DNA of 63,785 bases, counting the filler, from Hausera hauseri (Eukaryota): NCBI GenBank assembly GCA_046269625.1. It is 11 parts of 11 records of this genome, joined end to end, with 100 filler letters (N's around TTAATTAATTAA, not from the genome) between each part and the next. Parts side by side here need not be neighbours in the genome. Positions count along the whole stretch, not along the records: positions 29,929 to 35,733 come from JBJURY010185972.1; positions 35,834 to 40,150 come from JBJURY010638441.1; positions 40,251 to 45,155 come from JBJURY010396590.1; positions 45,256 to 50,080 come from JBJURY010423142.1; 7 more parts are not named here. One strand, given 5' to 3'. The position numbers and the translations under genes are program-made. A model generated the notes under the pieces. That model saw only the letters and a list, made by a program, of their open reading frames with translations, was not told the DNA's origin and ran no database searches. Positions 34,915 through 48,801 of the stretch are shown here, piece after piece. Each line of letters starts with the position of its first letter. Positions within the stretch are counted from its first letter, which is position 1.

Positions 34915-35733
34915 TATTTGGGGGTATCATAAAGTTTTAATTATCGATATCAACAGAATGACTTACAAAGTTAAATGTCAAATGTTTAAGTTAAGTCTTC
35001 TCTACATAGTTACCCTGCAGAGCCGCACATTTCTACTAGCGTTTCTTGATCTTCCACAAACCATCATTAAAGAATTCCTGAGATTGCTTTAAGAACTACT
35101 GCTCTCATTCCGAAATTACGTCATCTGTGTTATCAAATCACCGATCCCGTAGTGGTTTCTTCATCTTAGGAAAGAGAAAGAAGTCGCCGGGTGCGAGATC
35201 AGGCAAATAGGGAGGATGAGGCAATATTTCTTAATCGCACTTCTCAGCTTCCACCATAGATCCTTGGGCTGAATGTTCGGGGGCATTGTCGGTTAGGAGA
35301 CGGACACCTTTGCTAATCATACTGCGACGTTTTTCTTTCACTGCATCTCGTTATTTCTGCACAAGGGTGCAGTAGTAAATACTGGTGAGCGTTTGACCCT
35401 TCAGAATTTAATCAGTTAGGATCACACTATTACAGTTCCCAAAAACAGAAAGCATAACCTTTCCTGCAGATTTCTATATCTTAGCCCTTTTGGGGGAGGG
35501 GAGGAGGAGTGTTTCCACTGTTTGCTTATTTCTTTGGTCTCTGTATCATACAAGTAGACCTAGTATTCACCAATAGTTATGAGACGATCAGAAAAATTCT
35601 TTTCATCCTGCTACAAAAGGGTCAACATCTGCTGTGGAAGTTCACATCGAGTTTGCTTTCGAAATGTAGTCAACAATAGGGGAACCCATCGGGCTGACAC
35701 TTTAGACACGTGCAGTTGGTCATGTATAATTTT
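34915..35733 (-). mobile_element. Mariner transposase pseudogene, 3' two-thirds with degenerate TIR
   Basis: KVSARWVP, QWKH..SPPPK, PPYLPDLAPGDFFLF. Confidence 0.85.
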
Positions 35734-37199
35734 NNNNNNNNNNNNNNNNNNNNNNNNNNNNNNNNNNNNNNNNNNNNTTAATTAATTAANNNNNNNNNNN
35801 NNNNNNNNNNNNNNNNNNNNNNNNNNNNNNNNNCAGCATACGGCAACTTCATAAATTTAAGACGCGTGGAATTTATTCCAACAGGTTGGACACGTCTAAT
35901 TTAAGAAAACTAGCGAGATATAAACATTAATTATATAACTACAAACGAAAAAAAAATGTTAAACACATACACAACAATTGGTATTAATGAATGTCGTATG
36001 GGAATATGTATTAGTGCCTTCATTTTTCTTGGCTTTGGATTTGTAAGTCGAAAAGCCACGATTTCTGGGAATTGAATCCACTCAACAAACGAGTGTTTCA
36101 GCCATTAGAAGTGATTAAAAGTGTATGTCCTAAACGCTCAGCAGAGATAACAAAAAAAGTCATTCCTGAATAGTTTACGGAGGTCACGATACTAATGACA
36201 TATTGAACATAAATAAGGAAGCAAATGGTTATCTATTAGTTATTGCGATAAATGTACAGTTCATAAGAAGTATAGCAAAATTGACAGTGAGAAAAGGAGA
36301 AAAACAGATAAAGAACAAAGAACAGAAGACCTACAGTTCAGTGGCGAGATACCAGTATTACATAATTTAAAACTACAGGGAACGCTATATACGCTGGAGT
36401 ATTTGCATCAAAGATACTAAATATTAAAATGGCACATGGAAAAACGGCAACTAGGTCCGGTAGACACAAATATAAATATATACCTACCTGACGATTTCCT
36501 TGTCTGTGAAAACTTGGAGATGTAGCGGTAATCTGCAGCTTTATCCAGCTTTTATAATTGGTTTGGCAAATCAATAAATGACGTAGGCACATACATTTCT
36601 GCCACGCTCATGATGATAACATCGTGCACGACGTGACGATAGTAGCGTATTTTTGGGGGAGGGCCATGGGGGAGGGAGTATTTTCTTATATGCGGTATAT
36701 ATCCCCCCCCAGCTGGGGGAGAGCGTCGAGGTAAGAGGGAGATTACTCTTTTTTAAGGGCCAGACAATTCTTGTATATTTTGTTTTTAATGAGGTAATTG
36801 ATTAGCTAATTAGGTGTTTTGTAAAATCTTATTTAAATAATAGTTATGTATAGGTGTAATAGTTGATGTCCGCTGAAGGTGGTGGGGTCGGCCAAAGAGG
36901 CTGGGGTAGGCTGCTGTGAGGTCGCCGGAGCATCCGTCGGATCGCCGGTAATTAATTAATTGCTGTCGGGGTAAGGGGCGTGACTAAGACCGAATCAGCG
37001 GGTTTTTCTTCATCATCGTTCTTTGTGATGACGTAATTTCTTTAATTACGTGCAGTAAGGGGTTGTGGTGGTGACGGGTCTTTGTATCGGTAGTGTGTTT
37101 GGTATCGTCAGGTGCCGTGAGGTGTGGGTCAAGGCTATTTTCTTTTAATGTCGCGGTTCTCAAAGGGGTTGGGGGTGGTGTAGGTCGGTTTCTTTGTGT

Positions 37200-38775
37200 T
37201 TGGGGGTGATATTTTCTGTTACGGGCATGTTTCTTAAGGGTACTGCCGCTGGTTTAGGGCAACTTCGTCATGCTTGTGCGTGACTTTGTGAGTGAATGGG
37301 GGTAAGGAGCGGCGATATTTTCTGTTAAAGTCGCGTTTCTTAAGGGTACTACCGGTAGTTTAGCTCGACTTCGTCGTGCTTGGGCGTGACTTTGTGAGTG
37401 AATCGGGGTAAGGAGTGGCAATAATTTCTATTACAATCGGGTTTCTTAAGGGTATTGCCGCTGGTTAGGTAGCTTTCCTCGCACTTATGGGTGTTTTTTG
37501 CGAGTGAATCGGTGTAGGGCAGGGCGAGATTTTCTGTTAACGTCGCATTTCTTACGTTGGCGGGTGGTGGTTTCGGTCGACTTTTTTGCGTTTAGGGACA
37601 TTAAGTGGGGATATTTTTCTGTTACGGGTACGTTTCTTAGAGTGCTGTCGGGGGTTTAGGTCGACTTCCTCGCACTTGTGGATGTTTCTGGAGGCGAGTC
37701 GGCATATGAGAGGGTGAGATTTTCTGCCACGGGCAGGTTTCTTAAGGGTACTGCCGCTGGTTTAGGGCGACTTTGTCGCGCTTGTGGATGTTTTTGGGAC
37801 CGAGTCGTCGCAAGGAACGGGATATTTTTCTGTTATGGGCGTGTTTCTTAAGGGTACTGCTGCTGGTTTAGGTCGACTTCGTCGCATTTGGGTATGTCTT
37901 TGGGACCGAGTCGGGGTAAGGAATGGTGAGGTTTTCTGTTACAGATGTGTTTCTTACGGTTGTGGGTGTGGTTTAGGGCAACGTTTACATGTTTAGGACC
38001 ACATAAATGGGTATTTTTTCTTTTTAACTCGCGTTTCTCAAGCACACTGCCGGTGGATTTGTTCGACTTCCTCGAGCTTGTGCGTGTTTTTGCGAGCGAG
38101 TTGGGGTAAGAAACGGTGAAATTTTCTGTTAAAGTCACGTTTCTTAAGGGCACTGCCGCTGGTTTGGGGCGACTTCATCACGCTTGTGTATGTTTTTGGA
38201 AGCAAGTCGCGGCCATGAACAGTGAGCTTTTCTGTTAAAGTCGCGTTTCTTATGGTTGCGGGTGTGATTTAAATCTTGTCTAGTGACAAGTAAGGGAAGG
38301 TATTTTCTGCTAAGGTCGTTTTTCTTTGAGTGCTGCCGGTAGTTTTGGTCGACTTCATCGAGTTTGTGGGTGTTCTTGGGAGCGAGTCGGGGTAAGGGAT
38401 GGTGAGAATTTATGGTAAAGTCGCGTTTCTTAAGGGTACTGCCGCTGGTTTAGGGCGACTTCATCGCACTTGTGGGTGTCTTTGGGACCGAGTCGGGGCA
38501 AGGAACGGTGAGATTTTCTGTTAAAATTGCGTTTCTTAAGGGTACTACCAGTGGTTTTGGTCGACTTCATCGCGTTTGTGGGTGTTTTTGCGAGTGAATC
38601 GGGATAGGGTACTGCCGCTGGTTAGGTCGATTTCCTCGCACTAGTGGATGATTTTGCGAGTGAATCGGGGTATGGACGGGGGTATTTTTCTGTTAAAGTC
38701 GTGTTTCTTAGAGTGCTCGCGGTAGTTTTGGTCGATTTCGTCGCGTTTTGGCGTGTCTTTGGGAGCGAGTCGAGG
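37200..38775. repeat. Diverged ~105-bp minisatellite, ~15 copies
   Basis: Recurring ttttctgtta..gtttcttaagggtactgccgctggtttagg.cgacttc..gagtcggggtaagg. Confidence 0.9.
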
Positions 38776-38821
38776 TTTATGTTACAGTCGCCTTTACATT
38801 CCCAAATTTCCTGACACCCTA

Positions 38822-38995
38822 TTTTTCTTCTTCTTCTTTTTCTTCTTCTTCTTCGTACGCCTTCAGATGTCAACTTGAATTTTCTTAAAGAAAGCAGCTT
38901 GAGGTCATCAGCCCCTCCATACAGCTTGACTTGGACCGTCACTGGGGACGGCCACAGAAACTTTCCCTGTTCCTCGTATAATGGACAGTTTTGAG
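38822..38995 (-). mobile_element. 3' end of a non-LTR retrotransposon with (GAA)n tail
   Basis: CPLY..LWP..KLYGGADDL followed by a GAA microsatellite. Confidence 0.5.
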
Positions 38996-39414
38996 GCTGG
39001 GTGAAAGCCTGGGGCTGATAAATTAACTTAGTTATGCGCCTGTGTCTAGGAAAAATGTGAACAGTAACGCCACATTCCCCTATCGTTGGTTATCATCTGA
39101 GTCACGTGCGTATTTTGTTTTTGTCGGCATTGACGCTGAAACCGTAAATGAAACTGAATCAGTAATGTTCTCAGTCAATGTTTCATTATCATTATATAGC
39201 CTTTTCTAATGCTATTATTATTGAAGGTCTACTGTGTCTTTGATCTTGCTAACTTCTGTTGAGATGGGCATTTAGTTTTCCAGGTGTATTTCTGCCATTC
39301 AGTCTCGTTTTCGATCTGGCTTCTATCCTACACCCTAATGTTTAAGTCGACAAGGCGTGATCTGCCCTGATTACATTCTCATTAAATGACCAAATCATTT
39401 TATTATTATTTCTC

Positions 39415-39690
39415 ATTGTCATCATCATTATCTGCCTTGGATGAAGACCGCCAAAGCAGCCATCATCCATCACGCCTAGTGGTATCTCATAGGGCAGCAC
39501 TTTTCTCGGCCTGCAGCCAGCCTCTGTGGTGCTTGCTGTTCTTTTCTGCTTCCCAAACTGTTCCACGCCAGGTTGTCTTCGGTCGTCCTCTTTTTCTTTT
39601 TCCCTCTGGTGTCAGTGCATTGTAGTCCTGTTGATGTCCTCCGGATCTTTCCTGAGGACATTTCCAAACCATCATCGTTTTTTTTTCTAA
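39415..39690 (-). mobile_element. RTE-clade LINE 3' end
   Basis: TPEGKRKRGRPKTTWR and an (ATG)n-like tail. Confidence 0.7.
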
Positions 39691-40064
39691 TCATTGCATG
39701 TAAATATTCGTGTACAGTTCAAGTGAGAATCTACTGATTAGTAATACCCGTGTTCACGTTACTCTCATTTTTTTCTCATTATACTCAGATAATATGTATT
39801 CTAATGTTTGCTGAAGAGAATAATGTATGTTATTAATTTATTTTTCTACGCTGAATTACCATTTGTGACCTACTTACTGAATAACCTCTTATATTTAATT
39901 AGCACAAAAAAAAAATCCCCAATTTTATTATAAAATAACAGATTAATTAATAATACTATTGCTTGTTAAATCTGCTTTCTGGCATTGTTTTGACGTGTGT
40001 GTCAATAGGATTTCTATTTGTTTTTAAACACTTATCAGTAAAATCAGAAAGAGACAAGCATCTA

Positions 40065-40150
40065 TGATTGGTTATATTTTAAGAAGAGAAAGTCTGGAGA
40101 ACTTGGTCACCACAGGCAAAATACCAGGAAGTAGAAGCCGTGGTCAGCAA
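40065..40150 (+). mobile_element. RTE/BovB-like LINE C-terminal fragment
   Basis: GYILRRESLENLVTTGKIPGSRSRG. Confidence 0.55.
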
Positions 40151-40535
40151 NNNNNNNNNNNNNNNNNNNNNNNNNNNNNNNNNNNNNNNNNNNNTTAATT
40201 AATTAANNNNNNNNNNNNNNNNNNNNNNNNNNNNNNNNNNNNNNNNNNNNCGGTACTTTTCAGAGTAGATTTCATAACTAATTCTTTCGATTAAAACCAA
40301 GTTGGAGAAAAAAGATAATTCAAAATTATATTCGACAAGCTTTGTGAATTTTACCGAAATAAACACACGGAATTGGGTTCAATTGCCTGAACGTTTGAAC
40401 GCACCTGTTAGGGAATTAAATTCTTAAGGCGGGGAAGTCGGACCGGACTATGGATCCGACGCGAGAGCAACGGAAGTCCAGCCGTGCCCAACCAAATGGG
40501 CCAAAGGGCACTGGCCGCTGTGGGCAACACAGGAG

Positions 40536-40880
40536 CTACTGCTTTTGCAACATTTTAATACCATTTTGGAAAATGTTCAAAAACCATTCCAAGGAGTACC
40601 TATACATTGGATCTATTTTAGCCAAATCGGAGATACGGAAAAACAAGAGTTGTGTACAAACGGCGACCGGAATATAACGTGAACGAGTCTCATCAATACT
40701 CTTTTCAATCTGTTCGGCAATAATCACTCTTGATTCGATTTCGTTTGATTTGAGCTTTGACGCCTCCAACGTTTGTATTAAATAAATGTTGCCTTCAGTT
40801 TTCCTCAATTCTTGTCTCATTTTAGCATTACTAACAATAAGTTAGTTTTTTGCATTTCCCAAATTGGGTCGTTCTGTAAC
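40536..40880 (-). pseudogene. Axonemal dynein heavy chain fragment
   Basis: ERPNL..LIVSNAKMRQEL..LEASK..IDETRSRYIPVA..LLFF.ISDLAKIDPMY.YSLEWF.NIF. Confidence 0.85.
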
Positions 40881-41109
40881 TTTTGGAAGTGACGAAGATG
40901 GTGTCGGCTGATTAATAAGCCGTCCAGGATTTGGTCTTGTTGAAGAGGCGATCAATTTAAATGATTCCTTTTTCACAGATTTTTAATCCATCAAGCTATC
41001 CATGCTATTTGATCGACTCAAAAAGGTTCTTTTGGCATATGTACAGCCACATTAGCAACAATCTGTTGAATGTCATGCTTAGGAGGAGTACCATCAACGG
41101 TATGAAGAT

Positions 41110-43590
41110 TTATGCTGCTTCGAAAATTTCTGCATGTTTCAGTGAAGTAGGCTGTATTTGTTTAGCTCGTGTTTCTAACGTGATCAGACGTTTCAGCTGC
41201 TCAAATTTGTCTTCTTGACTTGGATACATTTTCTCAAACAATATATGTTTCTTCAAAAGTGCAAGAGTTTCTTCTAAACTTTGGCCATAATTTTCCGTTT
41301 TAATATGGGGTTCCTTAGAAATAAGCCAAGCCTCAGCAAGTGCAGCGTCTCTGGTCCATTGATACATTTCTATCATTAACGAAAGGTGATCTAGAAGATT
41401 GAACAATTTATCATATAATTCATCTCTCTTTCGAGTTAGTTCCTTGCATTTCACTTTGATCTCATTCGATCTGACATAATTCGTTCGAAATAATATGCGT
41501 CCTAAATTAAAGCAAATAGAAAAATTTTCTTCTTTAGAGTCCATTTCCGTTTTCAGTGAACGATGATTATTCAATAGTAATTCTATTCCGCAAACGTCTC
41601 TAAATATGAAAAGGTATAGTCTCAGTGACTAACATTAATCGGGTTGAACCTTGGTTTCTGTTTTAAATCCATTTGTAAACTGATGTCATGTGCCCAGATC
41701 ATTAGTTCACAAACCATGGACAAAAACTTATGAAAATCAGCTAATTCAATATTGTTAAGATGACGGTCTTCTAATAATTTTCGAAGGTTTTTGAATGCTT
41801 CAACCAGTTCGCTGCGTTTTAGAATTAACCTAGCTTCTCTGTCTTTGGAATACAGGAGAAGAGCAACTGAGACCGATACAGCATTTCCGAGTCTAATCTT
41901 GATAAGTCTTTTTCAAAAGCCTTTAACTGTCGCTGTAATATTGTAACCGAGTTCTGTTCTTTTCCAATATTGTTCATAGTTTCAAGAGTAATTTTCTTCT
42001 CTTCAATACACTCTATCAGAAACTAACAATCATAATACCATTGATGAAGGTACCAAGCTGACTTTAGCAATTGAATCCTTGTATCAATTAGTTCAAGTAA
42101 ATCGGCCCAAATTTCATTAATTCAATCTTTCCATTTGGAAATGGAATGTGAAAACGGATGTTTACCAATAATAAATTTGTCAAATCGTTTAATAGCCTCG
42201 TTAACTTTCGCTGAACCGACTTTATTCGTTTCATTGGCGAAAATTGCAAAGCGTTCTCGAAGTTGAGTACACTGATCTAGATCTCGTCCAGACTCATCAT
42301 TTCGAGCAACTTTAGTTTTAGCCATAATCCATTGCTGAATATTTTCAACTGTTTATAATTTATGTTATGTATTCGGCAAACTTCGAGATTTAAGAACATA
42401 TCGTTTGTGTCGCAATATGTGATAAACAGCGATATTTCCACTTTCTTTTCATCACATATCCTTCGTAATGCTGAATAATTCCTTTCAAGATTCTCTTGAA
42501 CATTGGAATATGCATCCGGTAACGAACGGCATTTTTGCCGCAAATTTTCAACAACAGTAAAATAACCCTTTATTTCATTTTCTAATGTTTTATGACGCCT
42601 GACAACTTTCCTAATTATGTTATCCTCCTTTTTGTCTAATTTCAGAGTTATTAAGTCGAGTTCTTTTTCACTTAACCAGGAGCTGGATTCAGAAACGTCG
42701 AGTAAGTATTCTTGGATCTTCTGTTGATTTATTAAATTACCCATAAATGTATCAAAAACATTCAGCAATTTGAGTTTTGTCTGCAAATTATCAACGGCTT
42801 CAGTTACCAAAGTTGTCTTTGAATGAGCATTTTGAATATATTGATTGCCAGTTTGTATCAGATTCAATATTCTATCCTTTCTATTTTCTATCTCATTTCC
42901 AATTGACTTATGTCTTCCTTGAAGTCTCTGACAATCTTGAAGACTGCACACGGAATGAAGCTGTTTTGCACGATTGTTAATAACGTCGACTTTTTCGTTT
43001 ATCCAATCCATTTCTCCGTCGCAGTCATGGAGATATTGTTCTCTTTCTTTGAGCTTGTTTACCAAGCTTAACTTGTCACCCAAAGGCGCAGCAAGGCTTT
43101 CCAGACCCGACTGTACTTGAGCATGGATCATTTGGTATTGTTCGGCTTTTTCTGGAAATTGTTGCTGGAGTAAGTCTGAATGACCTTTCAGATAATCTAT
43201 AAGTTTTTTCTTGTCTTCCAATTCTTGATTTTTTTCACTCGGACTTTTCAATTTGTTGTTAATCACTCTAAGACCTGTTCTTGCATCATGCTGCTCATCA
43301 TCGGATACTATCTGTGATTCAATGGATTGTAACCAATATATTACTGATTGTAACGACTCATTAAATGTCACATCTTTATCAGCATCCTTGAAGCTGTTCA
43401 GTCGATTTTCGAGAGCCTTCGTAACTTCTTCTTTTTCTCTAATCCATAATCGAACAGAATCCACTCCATACAGAAAGCCGTAGTTATATTCAACGGGTTT
43501 GATAGATATTGGTATGAATTCTTTTAATATTTGAGAGAAAAATTCATTATGGAGGTTTGAGAAATTAGTTTCCTTAATTTCTGACACCAT
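41110..43590 (-). pseudogene. Beta-spectrin fragment (C-terminal spectrin repeats) with introns 42335-42381 and 41600-41649 and disabling stops
   Basis: Spectrin-repeat W motifs; KPR|DVCGIELLLNNHRSLKTEMD and YQWTRDAALAEAWL..EQLKRLITLE match beta-spectrin repeats 16-17; premature TGA at 42122. Confidence 0.85.
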
Positions 43591-44629
43591 TGTTTATTTC
43601 TAGGCATTTGGGAAGAAATTTGCATATAAATTCTATTGAAGAAAATGACAGACTTAAATAACGGGAAACTTTATTTATTTATTTTTTTAAATCAATAACT
43701 ATACAATTTTTTATCTACAATAGTCTACAAATATTAATATACCTTATAAATGCTACGCAGTATGAGAAAATATATTCGGAAACATCTGGAAAAGACAGGT
43801 AAAGCTAGTGTATAAATAATATAGATTTGAATCTGAATTTCTGTATAACTGGTGTTCGATTTACGACAACAAAAAATCGTTTAAACTTATTTTTCAGTCG
43901 TTGCATATGGCTAGTAGTCGGACCGATACGTCGACGATTTCCTAGGGCTGATAGGAATGCTTTTTGAACACTGTTGGCAGGCTGTTAAACTGGCGTTTCT
44001 GATGGATCTGTTTCATCAAGTTTCTTTTCATCTTCCTCCAATTTCTGATTAAATGATTAAAATGTCTGACCAGCATTGTTGCCAAGACCGTACAATTCAC
44101 TATGCTCGGTAAACGCTTTCCGATACCGTTTCCAATGGGCAGCATAAACCACTGCATGTTCGATTACATTGCTAAAATATTCGGTCATTGATGAATTCTG
44201 TTTCGTTCTGCTGTCTGTGTCATTTGGTTGGCAAGAATATTCACGTTAAACAATGGAATTGTTTTTAATGTCATTTGTTTTTGCCGGTGTTGGTTTGAGT
44301 TTACTTGGGTTATTTTTGCACTGGCTGCAGCTGAATTGTGGTGACGCCCAAGTCCGCGGCACCACATGTACGATAATGGAAAATATCGTAAAATAATATT
44401 TATTTACAATATGCTGTTTATAACAGTATTCACAAATCGGACGTCTTACATCTTTCTGGACGCTTTACAATGCGTCAGTAGAGGTGACACCATAACATGG
44501 CTGTCTTATGAAATTTACTCGTCCACGTAAGCTCATATCTGAGTCCGTACTCGGCTGAGTTTCTAGGGGATTTGTTTTCAATTCATAAGTGTAATGAGGT
44601 TTTATTCGGACTACACGAATATAACTACC

Positions 44630-45155
44630 GTTCAAAAAATATTTCAGTTCAGTCGCTTTGGCCCGACACACTGGATATGTAGTTTTGCCATTGTCTAGGG
44701 TCTATTTTTCCCAGAAATCTCGACAATATTTATGTCGACACATATCCTTGACTGAGGTTCGCTTCATATACTGGGCATTAGTTCTCTTCCATATCCCATT
44801 TCTCATAATTTAAATCTACCCTTATTTTGAGCTCTATGGATTCGAATATGAGACCAACTTTATCTTGGTATAAGTAACCATGGATTTTTTTCTGTTTGGG
44901 ATTTACGGAACGCTTTTTCGGGTCACAACCTACTGGTAATAATATCCAATCAGCGATGATATCTCGATCTGAATGGGAAATTTCGCCATCTGTTTGATAC
45001 TTCTGATACTGCTTCTTTAACAAAGCTTTCATTTGCTTGTCTACTGGCACTGTCAACTTGCAGTTTCTTTTCGATTAAAAAACTGGAGCAATATACTTTC
45101 CTATTTTATGGTTTTTTCAAATGTAGGTATTTTCGTATACGTCTCGTACTAGTGT
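44630..45155 (-). pseudogene. Second copy of the RING-terminated repeated-element ORF
   Basis: LLKKQYQKY..DRD..DW.L.P.G.DP.K.S.NPKQK shared with 21367-21624; CRHKYC..PVCRA. Confidence 0.75.
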
Positions 45156-46684
45156 NNNNNNNNNNNNNNNNNNNNNNNNNNNNNNNNNNNNNNNNNNNNT
45201 TAATTAATTAANNNNNNNNNNNNNNNNNNNNNNNNNNNNNNNNNNNNNNNNNNNNGATAATTTACGATTACACCAATTTCTTGATCATGCAATCCGAAAA
45301 AGAAAACATACAGCAATACTCCGGCGTCCAGATGTAACTATCCTGAATATTTGCGATGGCCTACCGACCTGGACCGTGTGGAGTGGAACACGATAATACT
45401 GTTATTTTGCTATAACCCTACAAACGAATAAAATTTCATTTATTTCATACATTTAATCGTGACCCGTACAGAGATTTTATACTCATGTATTCTCGTCTAC
45501 ATACACGCAATAAAAAGAACGGAATTAAGATTAGGTTATTCTAAACTTCTTTTACNNNNNNNNNNTCTTTTACTTAGAAGTGCTTTTACACCCACGAAAT
45601 ATATAATACAGGCCCACCCACTCTCCAGCCACCACCAAAGTGGCCACTTACCACCGTTATTTTTGCCCGTAAAAGGGTCTTATGACAGCGCTGCTACTCC
45701 TGTATGGCAATTAATTCGTCGTACAACAGCTACAAGCTACGCCAAAAGCAATCCTACCGGTCATATTGTACATTTTAACGTCATAGTTGACGACATAAAG
45801 TATCTACCGGTTGAACCCCGAACATAGAAGTCACAATTACATGCAGCCGCAGAAGCTCGTATCACCAGAGTTTCCGATGAACTCGATAACACATTCTTCA
45901 CGTGAGACGCTTCACCATTTGAATTGTCAACATATGCATCAGGTTCAAACAGCGATGCACAAAGTGTCCTAAGATTTATAACGTGAACCGTGTCACAATA
46001 TTCAACACTAATGTTGAATGGAAACTTCCAGCAGGAAGACCTCCACGGTTATACGTAGTTAGTCAGCCGTTTGAAATCAGGATCCGCTAGAGTTTTGTAC
46101 GTCAAAATTGTACCTACCCTTGACAAAAATACCACAGATAAAGTCCGACACCTGTCACCAGTTTTATCCGCCGTTGCACCGGGAATCTTATTCTTTCATA
46201 TCCCACTGGCAAAGATTATTTGGGTTTTCCACACGGGCAAAGAAAATCTTTACACCCTGACTGTAAAACTGTCTGATTCCAAAACTTGTCAAATATACAT
46301 GCCCAATCATACACGGCTTGAACCCACCATCTCCGCGGGAAACTTGGCTATCCCGAAATTTGCCACCGGCCACGGCAAGGCTGAAGCTACGGACACCCAC
46401 CCTATGCCATAGGGTCGAACGGCACTTTTTGTTGCCACCCCACGACACGCCACGGGTCACACGACCTCTCCTCATTTCCTATTTTTTTCGTAAATAACAA
46501 ACACATTTGCACAAATGCAGTAACACATTTAAACACGGCGGCAATGTATAACTTTATCTCCACCCTTCTTTGCACACCAGACTTCTACCTCACACTTTAC
46601 GGCGCCACAATATATCTCGTTGGGAATCTGCAACCCTCTTCCATCTATATTCACCTTCACTTTCACTTTCGCATCCGTGGTGGC

Positions 46685-48801
46685 ATGGATTCGTCATCCA
46701 CGGACAAAACCCACCAAACCATCGATCTCTATCACTTATTTACCTTAACAAAGCACTTTAAACACTTTGACACAGCATACACTCTCCACTCATTCACCCT
46801 GCACAGAATACTTCCTCGACAGCCAAAATTCTACCAAAACATGGTTGAAACTTTATCAATTCTGGCTCCAATCACAAAACCTCGTCGACCCCTTATCCAA
46901 AGCCAACAGCCTGCTTTTCACTTAACTGCTTCCATCAAAACCAAAATTACAAACATCATCGACATCTTTCACCACACCGATCCATATGTTCAACTTTATA
47001 ATGCCGTTCTTAAGCTCACTGAGCCGTAAATCGACTCTATCATTCACATGTTCTTCAACGACAACGCCATGGGCCTTCAGAAGCCTTCTGAATTCTTGCG
47101 CACATCTTTGTCTCACCTCAATACTCTTGGCATAACATCTCAGCTTAGTCCAGAACTTCTCGTCGTTGCTTTTTAACGCATTGCCCCTTCAAATAAGAGC
47201 TTTTCTCACTGTTGTCGAAGATTCCACGGCACTGGAAAAGTTAGCCAAACTGGCGGACAAAGCCTATGAAGTGCTGCACTCACACACAGCACCAACTGTC
47301 TCTGCGGCATTAACAACAAACCATCAACAACAAAATGCAATGCTGTAGCAACAAATTTCGCAATTAAGCACAGAAAACGAAATGTTGCAAAAGACAGTTA
47401 ATAACATAAACGAGAAATTAAATGAGTTGACTGCGCCTCAACGAGGTTTTTCTAGGGATGATTCCCCTAATGTATTTCATCAACGACAAAGACGGTCGTC
47501 TATTTGCTACTATCATAAATTTGGTAACAATGTGCAGAAATGCTGCAACGGTTGTAAATTTTACTCCCCAAATTTTAATACAAGCAACATTGTTTGCATC
47601 TATCACTCAAAATTAGGAACAAAAGCACAAAAATGCTTACATGGCTGTAACTACAACATGCATAATAAAATCAACAATATTAAACCCACACAAAATAGTA
47701 GGCCAGACTTACCAGCTATGAAAAGCTGATTTCGCCGCTAGGACACACGCCAAGTTCTAGCAAAGGCAACAACCTACAAAAAGATAGCCGACATATTTCT
47801 TTTGCTGTATTCACGTTGGATGCAGCAGTCGTCACTCCAACAAAGCAAAACATTAATTTTCTCATAGGCAGTGGCACAGCAATCTCTTTACTATTACCAA
47901 CACAGCATATCCAAAACAATTTCACTTCAAAAAAGCAACTGTTCACTGCCTACGGTGAACCTTTACAAACTTTTGATGTTAGCATATAAACCTTTACATT
48001 TCCAAATTTCCCAAACACATTCACTTGGAAATGTACAGTAGCCAATGTACGCACACCTACACTAGATTCAGACTTTGTGCCCCACTACAATTTACTTGTA
48101 GACTGCAAACGATGTTCCTTAAAGTGCGGAAATAATTTTAATCAAATTAGCAGCATTTTGGTGACCACCCGTGCGATCACTTCCAGCAAGTCAATACTAA
48201 AGAAAACAACTTCCTATTTAAATTATTTTTATAATCATTCATTATATAGAAATTTTTATTACGGCAACAAATACGATATTGACAACTGCGTGGCATCTAT
48301 TACTGACAGTACAGCTGCCAACACCATCTTCAACACGAACATTCTGCACCTAATACCACCTAGTCACAACACCTCCTCTGCAACTCATACCTGAACTGCA
48401 TACAGTCACGATGCACCGACACCATCTGAAAACTTTTCATCTTTGCCCTCTGACTTACAGCAGTATATTTCGTCTTCCTGCACACGTCTGTTGCAAAAAG
48501 ACAAATCATTTGTACCACCTCAATCCACCTTCCATCACATAGTAAGAGCACATCAAAGACCAATACGGCAAAAGGTCCACTCACAGTCGCCTCGCCGCAG
48601 ACAGGCAGCGGATGCTAATTTTCTCGAACTGGAAAAATCAAGAAAAATCAGAAGATCCAAATCTTCGTGGTCCTCACCCCTGCATGTGGTTCCAAAAAAG
48701 ATGGTACCTTTCACCCATGCAGTGATTACCGCCAACTCAGCATCATAACAACAATGGATGCCTACCCTCTACCATTAATCAACGATATCCTTCACAGGCT
48801 C
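46685..48801 (+). mobile_element. Decayed CsRN1-like Gypsy gag-PR-RT start (truncated in RT)
   Basis: EDSTALEKLAKLAD, CYYHKFG..KC..C twice, WSSPLHVVPKK, DAYPLPLINDIL; homologous to the copy at 25100-29828. Confidence 0.85.

Noticed and set aside
45455-45472. Degenerate tRNA-Trp PBS (TCGTGACCCG)
   Set aside because: Lacks the TGG start and has no definable LTR end; too weak to list.
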